A DNA stretch of 6,972 nucleotides from Octopus sinensis (Eukaryota). Location of the stretch: positions 1 to 6,972 of the forward strand of contig NW_021829118.1 of the NCBI RefSeq assembly GCF_006345805.1. The letters are read 5' to 3'. Each line of letters opens with the position of its first letter. Positions within the stretch are counted from its first letter, which is position 1. The translations under genes were made by a program, and so were the position numbers. Positions 1-6,972 of this stretch are shown here, piece after piece. The notes under the pieces were generated by a model. That model searched no databases. It saw only the letters and a program-made list of their open reading frames with translations, and was not told the DNA's origin.

Positions 1-55
1 CATCATCGTTACTATTAAAAATAATAACAACAAATGTAGAACCCCTGCTTCCCTT

Positions 56-336
56 TCAAACGTTTAATCTTGGAGAGAATTTGTTCGTAAATTGTAGTTT
101 CATTGCTTTTCGGAATTGTGGATCTTGTCTTGAACATTTGTAAAACAGAACGATTTTGAACTTTCCTTCACCACATATTTCTAGATGCTTTCTCAGTGAA
201 ATCTTGCACAATGTCTGTGGATTCGTGCACGTTGGTCGAGGGAATTGTTTGTTTCTCCAATGTAATTTTCCTTGCAGTTGGGGCAAGTAATGCAGTATAT
301 GAGATTCTGCGTCTTGTAGTTCATATCTGCATTTAT
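56..336 (-). pseudogene. GIY-YIG endonuclease domain of the PLE (frameshifted)
   Basis: Motif LIYCITCPNCKENYIGET has IY at 295-300 and YIG at 256-264, with the PLE-typical CxxC between them and two downstream His (RIHR, KHL). It ends in PRLNV-stop at 56. A frameshift near 195-215 joins this frame to the last ~46 aa of the listed ORF 56..409. Confidence 0.88.
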
Positions 337-696
337 TATTTACAGTTGTTGCTGTTGTACGTTCCTCATGTGCTATTTCCACATTCTTTAACGGAGAATT
401 CTGATTCATTCTCTGATGTGAATTTTCCTGTAGTCGGGTGTTTCTTGGGATTATTTGGTTGGTTACTACTATTTCGGAAAGTGTTTTTATCGATCAGATT
501 TTTTATTTTGGGGCTTTGTAGAAGTATAGTTAGGGTTTGATTTTATGGTGTGAAAGATGTTGGCTACCACAGGGTTTTTGCGTATTTATAAATGGAATCG
601 TGTATTCATTAATTTGTTCTTCTTCTTTTGTGTCCATTGCTGTGTGATGCTAAGGCTCGTCGCCTTTTTAATTGCCTCGTTTATTAATTCTAAGAG

Positions 697-875
697 TTAT
701 TCTTGTTTTGTTACGAAGCCTTTGAGTTCATTGAATCGGATTTTACGTATTTTGGAGTCAAACACTATAGTACAGATAAGTCGTGCCATGCTGTATGAGA
801 TGCTTCTTTTGATGTGTGAAGGATGGCAAGAGTAGAAGTTCAAGTATTGGTCAGACTCCGTTTTTTTCTGTAAAA
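697..875 (-). pseudogene. C-terminal RT/thumb region of the PLE
   Basis: KTESDQYLNFYSCHPSHIKRSISYSMARLICTIV matches the PLE pattern YRKPT..xYLxxxSxHPxxxKxSIxYSxxxRxxxI. TAA at 697-699 falls where the conserved Y of the YP motif is expected. A 1-nt loss in the A run at 861-867 breaks FYRKKT. Confidence 0.85.
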
Positions 876-1106
876 CATAAATATATGATTAAATATTTGA
901 TGAAATGTACATAGAGAATAGATTGAATTATAAACAGTACCAAATTAGTCTTTAATATTCTGACTTTATTTACCTAATTATGAATATTGTACTAATATCT
1001 GATGTTCATGCAAAACATGGAATTACACAGAATATTGGACTTGAATAAATAAGGAATATACATTTTCATAGGACTTTGTAGTTCGAATTCTAATTTTACT
1101 TTTCAG

Positions 1107-1174
1107 TGCTGACCGCATCCTCTCCTGCTTTCTTATCTTTCGCATCCTACTTCCTAAAATAGACATCTTGAAAG
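1107..1174 (+). other. Candidate 68-nt exon (weak)
   Basis: Preceded by CTAAT plus TTTACTTTTCAG (AG at 1105-1106) and followed by AAG|GTCAGC, a suboptimal donor. One open frame (ADRILSCFLIFRILLPKIDILK), with no recognisable homology. Confidence 0.2.
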
Positions 1175-1389
1175 GTCAGCAACCCTTGTGAGAAAATGTG
1201 TTTATTTACGAATATGTTGATAGGTATACAATGGGAAGGAAAAGGGAAGAAAGAAACATGCTTTGTAATGAAATTTCAATGGATTGACTACATGAAATTG
1301 AAAAGAAGCCCCACTCTCTCTCCCCAACTCTCCCTCTATCTATTTATCCTTTCCCTATCTTTTATTATTTTTTCCTCTTTCTTGATTGT

Positions 1390-1420
<31 letters not shown>

Positions 1421-1451
1421 AATCTCTCTCTCTCTCTCTCTCTATCTCTCT
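1390..1451. repeat. (CT)n microsatellite within a ~200-nt pyrimidine-rich tract (about 1310-1500)
   Basis: Directly visible dinucleotide repeat with few interruptions. Confidence 0.97.
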
Positions 1452-1629
1452 GTCTATTCCTCCCACTTGCTTTTCTTTCTCGTTTTTCCTCTTTTTCCAA
1501 AAGCCAAAACACTTTTCTTCTCAACAAAGCAAAAAAGCATCCGATTCCTATCCGGTGAACAACGAACCGTTCTGTTGTTACCATTTGATTTTGATCAGTA
1601 CACCATTTCAAACACTTTATAGAAACATG

Positions 1630-1646
1630 CACACCGACACAGACAG

Positions 1647-1677
<31 letters not shown>

Positions 1678-1725
1678 TACACACACAAAACACACACTCA
1701 CACACTCATACACATACACATACAT
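1630..1725. repeat. Imperfect (CA)n microsatellite
   Basis: Directly visible (CA)n with CAGA/CATA/CTCA variants. Confidence 0.95.
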
Positions 1726-1784
1726 ATTTGAAAGCACAACTAGCTACAGTCTTAAAATAAGGAAAAGTTGGATGATGTTGATCT

Positions 1785-1815
1785 TCTCTCTCTCTCTCTC
1801 ACTCTCTCTCTCTCA

Positions 1816-1885
<70 letters not shown>

Positions 1886-1963
1886 GTTTATATATATGTA
1901 TATATATATACGTACGTATAATCATAAATGTATGTACATACACACATATATATACATATATAT

Positions 1964-2003
<40 letters not shown>

Positions 2004-2044
2004 GTATATATATACAGTCATATATACACGCAAACACACACACA
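1785..2044. repeat. Compound microsatellite (CT)n-(TA)n-(CA)n
   Basis: (CT)n at 1785-1846 abuts (TA)n from 1847 to about 2025, followed by a short (CA)n. Confidence 0.97.
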
Positions 2045-2109
2045 TTGTTATATCTTGTAATTAAATTTAACGTTAGTTCATAAAGAAATTGTATTTCATT
2101 AAATACTAT

Positions 2110-2760
2110 TTGCAATGTTCATTTTTATTTCCTTTGGCTCATTGTTCATCAGAAATGCACACATTCTCCAGGTTCCTTTTACTATTCCGAAATTCATTAA
2201 TTTCTCCCTTTACACGACATGATTTATTTTTTATTCAGACCCTTTATTTTCTCTCTCGCATTAGTTTTTTCTGTTGTCGACCAGTAGGTTTCTGAGGTGG
2301 CTGGGTAATCTTAGGGGTATTAGTTCCGTCAATATTTTATTTCGTCCCTCCAAGTTACGGTTAAAAGTTTGCAAAATCTGGTTCTGATTAGTGAAGATAA
2401 CTGCACACACTTTTTCGGATGTCCTCTCATATTTGAAAAGAAATTTCAGATTTACTGAATTGCTTCAACTAAATTCATGTTGTTCTTCATTTGCGAATCA
2501 GGTTTAGTAATAATTGCTTCTACAATTCTTTATTCTCTGTACAACTCATTTACATCAGCCCTTCTCAAATATCCGTTTCCCTTTCAAATATTTGACACTT
2601 GCATTGTCAGTAGTATCGGCAGACATGTGACTCCGGTACAAACCAAGTATATTCAGTTACATCATGTTATTTCATGTGGTTAGTCAAGTGCCACTTATTG
2701 CATTCCATTCTCACAACGAAACAATCTCAGAGATATTGGCAGACATTTTGTTTGAAAATG
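2110..2760 (-). mobile_element. Possible highly decayed Mutator-like (MULE) transposase C-terminus with SWIM zinc finger
   Basis: One minus frame reads ..TWFVPESHVCRYY*QCKCQIFERETDI*EGL (2556-2624). This resembles SWIM CxC-x9-CxH if the TGA was a Cys codon and the His has been lost. A basic tail ITQPPQKPTGRQQKKLMRERK follows (from 2309 downward). There are many stops, the boundaries are approximate, and no TIR was seen. Confidence 0.35.
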
Positions 2761-2960
2761 TTGGTACTACTGCAAAGTTCAAATCGTGTTCTTTGATATA
2801 TTTTTCAAATTCATTTGTAGAGAATATGGAGTAAGGATATGTGCACATAGATATTTTAATGAGTTATCTCACTGCCACATTATTTCCCATTATAGCGTCC
2901 CTGTTTGTTTCTTTTATCCAACACTAACAGTATTTCTCTTTCCCCGACAAAGTTTCACAG

Positions 2961-3045
2961 AATCGTACTCTTTTACACATTTCACTATTCGGCAGCTGCT
3001 GCGATGTCTTTTCAGGCTGATCGATCTCAGCCGAAAAAGGCTGAC
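2961..3045 (+). other. Candidate exon (85 nt) containing ATG at 3004: MSFQADRSQPKKAD
   Basis: Branch-like CTAAC at 2924-2928, pyrimidine tract TATTTCTCTTTCCCC, CAG at 2958-2960, and a consensus donor GAC|GTAAGT at 3046. There are 14 codons from ATG to the donor. An alternative acceptor TCTTTTCAG (3015) gives a 30-nt exon. The protein was not recognised. Confidence 0.35.
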
Positions 3046-3110
3046 GTAAGTCCATATAGGAATATGTAACTTCGTTTATCTGGGATAAATTAGCATTCAA
3101 TAGTACTTAC

Positions 3111-3120
3111 TCCACCCTCA
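3111..3120 (-). other. Candidate 10-nt microexon TGAGGGTGGA
   Basis: The minus strand reads CAATCTATATTTCTTTTTTCAG|TGAGGGTGGA|GTAAGTA, a strong acceptor and a perfect donor 10 nt apart. Confidence 0.35.
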
Positions 3121-3459
3121 CTGAAAAAAGAAATATAGATTGTTTTTTTCCCCCACTCATTGTTTAAAAGAATCCCACTTTTCAGTATTTCAAAACAAGA
3201 ATAAAAATATATAGTGGACTGCAGACCTTTCGCCATGTGTGTCGACGTATGTTTCGAAGCAGACATCATCTTATATCAGTCAAGGCATACTTCCTTGTCA
3301 TATGTGTCGGAAAGATGACGTCTACACCGCGGGAAGTTTTGCGGGACACATACAAATGATAACATACTTATTCCACCATATTTTAACGATATTTTTATAA
3401 AGTTATATTTACTCTATAAGGTCGGTCCCTTATCCAGACAGTTATTATGCCTTCATAAT

Positions 3460-3632
3460 ATTTAGCGGGAATATTTTGCTTGCGCTGGGAATTTCGTCCG
3501 TATTTACGTTCTGAATTCAGATAAAGCCCAGGTCGATTCTTTCGGAATCCATAGAATAAGTACTAGTTCAACATTAGGGGTCGACTAGCTCCATCCAAAA
3601 ATTCGAAACTTGTGCCTTTAATGAAAGGGAAT
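3460..3632 (+). mobile_element. Decayed tRNA-type SINE (octopus-like family)
   Basis: ATTTCGTCCGTATTTACGTTCTGAATTCAGAT...AGGTCGATT...AATAAGTACTAGTT...GGGGTCGACT...CCAAAAATT...CTTGTGCCT resembles an abundant octopus SINE as I recall it (degenerate B-box at about 3508-3522). Not database-verified; the 5' boundary is approximate. Confidence 0.65.
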
Positions 3633-3961
3633 AGACATTTAAAATCAAGGAATGAGGTGAAAGTTATAGAGATTCCATATATTTAATTTATTTATTGTTT
3701 TGTCTTTACTTATTACGAAGTTCTTAAAATTTCTAGATAGATGGCACTATTTCATTCTATTTAGAGATCGTCAGCACGCTGTAACCTGAGATATATGATT
3801 AAAACATTTTATGAAGCAAGGCAGTTCTTTTAAATAGAACATTATTAGACTCTAGCAGAAATTCATGGAATGCCTGCTTCTTCCAAGATATACATCACAA
3901 TTTTGAATCTATAAGGTTTCAATTTGCACAGCGAAACATATTTATATGGAAAGTATCTTAC

Positions 3962-4031
3962 ATCATCTGACATTTTTCTGAAATTTTTGAACTTCTTGAT
4001 ATAAAAACTAAAAACAGCGAAAATACAATTC
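3962..4031 (-). other. Candidate exon (70 nt; or 16 nt, 3962-3977, AAAA-ATG-TCA-GAT-GAT)
   Basis: Minus strand: TGCTAAC branch consensus, TTTCCCCAATATTTCTTGTAG acceptor (AG at 4033-4032), and donor GAT|GTAAGA (GT at 3961-3960). An internal AATTTCAG acceptor precedes AAAAATG. Confidence 0.3.
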
Positions 4032-4373
4032 CTACAAGAAATATTGGGGAAAGTTAGCAATTAAGAAATAAATGTAATTATGTAAATTACAACAATATTT
4101 TTATTAAAAAAGGATGCACAACACATTCTACAGGAAAACTTTTGATAAAATGAAAGAGTAAGATTTTAATTTTAGTTTCCATATTCATATAATTACGTCA
4201 TTCATTTTCGTGCAATTTGCATGAAGTCGAACTGAAAGAAATGCAGAATTCATTACATGCAGACGATTGTCGGCATCATTTTAAAACAATTCAGTCAAAA
4301 TACTGTGTCTTCACGTGGTTGAATTCCTGCAAATCTTTAATAAACATGGAAAAGAGCCAGTTCTAATGCTGGT

Positions 4374-4403
4374 TATATATATGTGTGTATATGTGTGTAT
4401 ATG

Positions 4404-4459
<56 letters not shown>

Positions 4460-4467
4460 TATATATG

Positions 4468-4530
<63 letters not shown>

Positions 4531-4644
4531 ATATATATATATATATATTATATATATATGTTATATGGTATATACCCATATCAACATAATTATAATTATA
4601 TATATGTATACATAATACATATACGTACATATATTAATATATAT
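4374..4644. repeat. Long imperfect (TA)n microsatellite
   Basis: About 270 nt of (TA)n with TG/AA/TT interruptions. Confidence 0.97.
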
Positions 4645-4759
4645 GACAAGAGGAAAGTTATAAGAGGAGACAGATAAGAGTGCGTCTGGTCTGTGCGACG
4701 GAAGGAAACGATGATCACGTGAGGAACAGGAAGCTGGACGATGGTAACGTTTGAGCATT

Positions 4760-4920
4760 GAGAGAGAGTATAGGAGGAAGAGGGAGAGAGAGAGAGAGAG
4801 AAATGGTGAGAAGGAAAAATAGGGAACGGATGAGAGAGAAAAACGAAAGGTGGAGAAGGGGAGAACAAAATTAGAGATAGGAAGGGAGAGAAAAGGAAAA
4901 GGGGAGAAAGAGAACAGAAC
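4760..4920. repeat. Homopurine-rich tract with (GA)n core
   Basis: Almost entirely G/A on the plus strand, with near-perfect (GA)n at about 4785-4800. Confidence 0.9.
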
Positions 4921-4989
4921 CGGGTAGAATCGGATGAAATTTATTAAGATAAACTTACTTGGAAATGGTTGCGAGGCGTTCATTGCGAT

Positions 4990-5249
4990 CATTGGCCGAC
5001 CCACAAAAGTTACGGAGACTTAAACACTACAACACCACTTGTCAAGTGATGTTGGGGGACAAAGACAGACACATACGCATCGATATAGATAAAAACAGCG
5101 GGATTCCTTCAGTTTTCATCTATCAAATGCGCTCACAAGACTGATCGCGCCGAGACTAAAGTAGAAGGCACTTTCCCAAGTCGGCACGCAGTGAGACTGA
5201 ACCTGGGATCATATGCTTGCGAAACAACTTCTGGCCACACAACCACGCG
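4990..5249 (-). mobile_element. tRNA-derived SINE (octopus-like family), decayed
   Basis: The minus strand has an A-box-like TGGTTGTGTGG (5235-5245) and a B-box-like GGTTCAGTCTC (5193-5203) 31 nt apart. These are followed by ACTGCGTG..CTTGGGAAAGTGCCTTCTACT..TTGTGAG..GAAAACTGAAGGAATCCCG and a 3' body ..CCCCCAACATCACTTGACAAG..GTCTCCGTAACTT.., matching my recollection of the major octopus SINE. Not database-verified. Confidence 0.8.

Positions 5250-5281
<32 letters not shown>
5250..5281. repeat. (TA)n microsatellite abutting the SINE 5' end
   Basis: Directly visible. Confidence 0.95.
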
Positions 5282-5284
<3 letters not shown>

Positions 5285-6044
5285 TGGCGACTTCGACTGC
5301 TCGGGCTCAGCTCGAGTATAAATTTAGCGAAGTGAGGATGTAATTGCAGCCAATAACTCGCATATAGATATACATGCATATCCTTAAGTATTGTAAGTAC
5401 ATATGTATTTTAGTCAGATGTGCGAGTTTCACGGTTATCCTTCTCAGACATGAAGGGTTATGATTTGTGACGTCAAACAGCTGTCTGGGAATCCGTTCGG
5501 AGAGAATACGTCAGGGGTAATCACAGAAAAGCAATGCAAAAATAGAAAGGTTATACTGAATTTTGTCTCGAATATGCAAAAAAAAAGAGGGAATGGTAAC
5601 ACTTGATCAAAATGAGGGTAAAAAATGAATGTATACAAAGCTTACGTCAACATCATTCGCATAACTCTTTAGATTCCTTCATTTATATACTAACTCCAGC
5701 AAATGTCACCAATATCTGTAGACTTTTATCTTTTCTGTTCACTGCGTCGTCGATATACGAACCGGTAGGAAACGACTCGTGCTACCATGATACAAAGGCT
5801 TTGTGTCTTAAAGTACTGCTCTTCTTCACTTGTCGTCTATTAAAATTCCATTACGAACTAGGATGCATTATAGGAATATAAATCTATAAACCAGTGAATT
5901 TTTGTATCGATCCTTCAAAAATCAAAGATAACCTCTGCACTGTGGGATGTGAAAACAGCAGATAAGGGGCCGCTAGGCAAAATACACACACAGCACAGTT
6001 AAGTACACCGGTTGACGTTCTTCAAACGTCTACACCATGTCCGA

Positions 6045-6186
6045 TTATATACGTACATACATACATAAATACATGTTATATATATATATGTAACATATAT
6101 ATATGTAGTTAAGTATGTATTTGTATTATGCATGTATGGATGTATGTGTGGTGTATGTATATGCATCCGAATACACACAGACATAT
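6045..6186. repeat. TA/TG/CA low-complexity region
   Basis: Degenerate (TA)n, (TATG)n and (CATA)n runs. Confidence 0.85.
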
Positions 6187-6371
6187 ATCAACCTAGTAGA
6201 GAAGTTAGCTGAAATAAATCGATAGCTGAAAGAATTTTCTTTTCCAATTTGAATGCTATAAAGCCCTGTACTGGTTGACATTGTTTATCTGTACAAATAT
6301 ATTTTTAATAAGTTTTTTTCAAAAATTCTTCTTTTTATAATATATATAATTTTATTTAATTTCACCTTTAT

Positions 6372-6372
6372 G

Positions 6373-6409
<37 letters not shown>

Positions 6410-6411
6410 AA
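6372..6411. repeat. (TA)n microsatellite
   Basis: Directly visible. Confidence 0.95.
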
Positions 6412-6534
6412 AATTGTATTCGATTTTTGTTTTGTCTTTGTTTTTATTTTCCTGTTTTGTTTATGTTCCTTCTCTTCTGACTACTAAGTGTCTCAAATAT
6501 TTCTAAGCTTTTCTTGTCATTCTTTGAAAATTCA

Positions 6535-6840
6535 CGCATACGCACGTTACAATTATTATAGACACACGAACACACACATACGCTGAGATCGACAGAGGTA
6601 TGTACGCCTATATAGGCATATTAAAACATGTGACTGCTGATACACACGTAAACACACATACAATTTATATTTATTTATACGTACATTATAACATTTATAT
6701 ATAGAAGCGTGTGTCTGTGTGTATGTTCGCGTACATATATAAACACTTTTTGCTTGTATTTGCTTATATACCTATGCACACTGACACATCCCTATGCTTG
6801 TACATGTCTATACACGCACCGATACACAGATGCACACATG
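6535..6840. repeat. Decayed CA/TA-rich low-complexity region
   Basis: Scattered ACAC/ATAC/GTGT runs consistent with an old microsatellite. Confidence 0.65.
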
Positions 6841-6972
6841 TAATTTACTATGTGTTTTATTCTTAACCAATTTATTTAATTTTCCATAGAATATTACCGT
6901 TTCCTTTGTCCATTTGTTTCTCATACCAATTTGGTTTAATTTGACTCTTCAGACTTATTTTTGGAAAATTGC

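Larger units (their letters stand above)
56..875 (-). mobile_element. Penelope-like retroelement (PLE), 5'-truncated and degenerate; probably Neptune clade
   Basis: Manual minus-strand translation across frames gives the C-terminal PLE domains in the correct order. RT end/thumb: FYR/KKTESDQYLNFYSCHPSHIKRSISYSMARLICTIV..IRKIRFNELKGFVTKQE*. Linker: IPFINT.., NQPNNPKKHPTTGKFTSE..SVKECGNST*GTY. Endonuclease: INADMNYKTQNLIYCITCPNCKENYIGETNNSLDQRARIHR and LRKHLEICGEGKFKIVLFYK..KFSPRLNV*. There are at least 4 frameshifts and in-frame stops at 697-699 and 366-368. Confidence 0.9.

Noticed and set aside
196-835. Plus-strand hydrophobic ORFs 196..540 and 557..835
   Set aside because: They are antisense shadows of the A-rich PLE coding strand.
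1196-2064. ORFs rich in SL, CV, YI and ER repeats (1196..1558, 1336..1737, 1386..1622, 1768..2064, 1818..2045)
   Set aside because: They are translations of microsatellites that lack stop codons.
2270-2340. ELIPLRLPSHLRNLLV resembling a gypsy gag motif
   Set aside because: It is a single short resemblance, overlaps the better MULE-like frame, and has no other gag/pol motifs nearby.
3017-3049. LIDLSRKRLT as a leucine-rich repeat
   Set aside because: It is an isolated partial unit lacking the conserved Asn, with no neighbouring repeats.
4315-5004. ORFs 4315..4677, 4561..5004 and 4596..4868
   Set aside because: They are read-through of (TA)n and the purine tract, with no domain features.
4959-5144. 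ORF MEMVARRSLRSL...
   Set aside because: It lies antisense within the SINE.
5281-5360. CAGTGGCG after (TA)n as a DNA-transposon TIR; nearby TATAAAT and CCAAT as a promoter
   Set aside because: There is no partner CGCCACTG in the window, and CCAAT lies downstream of the TATA-like motif; short motifs like these are expected by chance.
5560-5830. Minus-strand YIDD (5746-5757) with upstream QYFKTQSLCIMVARVVSY, loosely like PLE RT motifs, hinting that the RT core might be separated from the thumb by a large intron
   Set aside because: The two motifs are adjacent rather than about 25-30 aa apart, lie in different frames, and the residues after YIDD do not fit; too many ad hoc edits are needed. 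A significant translated hit to PLE RT would revive this.
6014-6030. Hairpin GACGTT-CTTCA-AACGTC flanked by TACACC direct repeats
   Set aside because: It is too short to exceed chance and does not match the histone stem-loop or another known motif.
6905-6955. Minus-strand CTGAAGAG...GAAAC hammerhead-like spacing (also CTGATGA near 2145)
   Set aside because: There is no G-C closing pair before GAAA, no NUH cleavage triplet and no stem I pairing.
1-6972. CRISPR arrays, tRNA/rRNA genes, prokaryotic operons
   Set aside because: There are no regularly spaced repeats, no cloverleaf and no rRNA-like sequence; the SINE heads are tRNA-derived but decayed, and the DNA is eukaryotic in character.

Overview
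AT-rich eukaryotic DNA, mostly intronic or intergenic and dense in (TA)n, (CT)n and (CA)n microsatellites. It is most likely cephalopod (octopus-like), inferred from two SINE families recognised from memory and from the microsatellite style. No intact gene is present, and most ORFs in the supplied track are microsatellite or antisense artefacts. The best-supported element is a dead, 5'-truncated Penelope-like retroelement (Neptune-type; RT thumb, Cys linker and GIY-YIG endonuclease) on the minus strand at about 56-875, split over several frames. Two decayed tRNA-type SINEs lie at about 3460-3632 (+) and 4990-5249 (-), and a possible Mutator/SWIM transposase relic at about 2110-2760 (-). Several short candidate exons have good splice signals, including a 10-nt minus-strand microexon and a plus-strand exon encoding MSFQADRSQPKKAD; the host gene and strand cannot be identified. 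The most unusual unexplained structure is an 18-bp imperfect long-range inverted repeat (1538-1556 / 4919-4936) enclosing nested complementary microsatellites. No new biological system can be demonstrated from the sequence alone.
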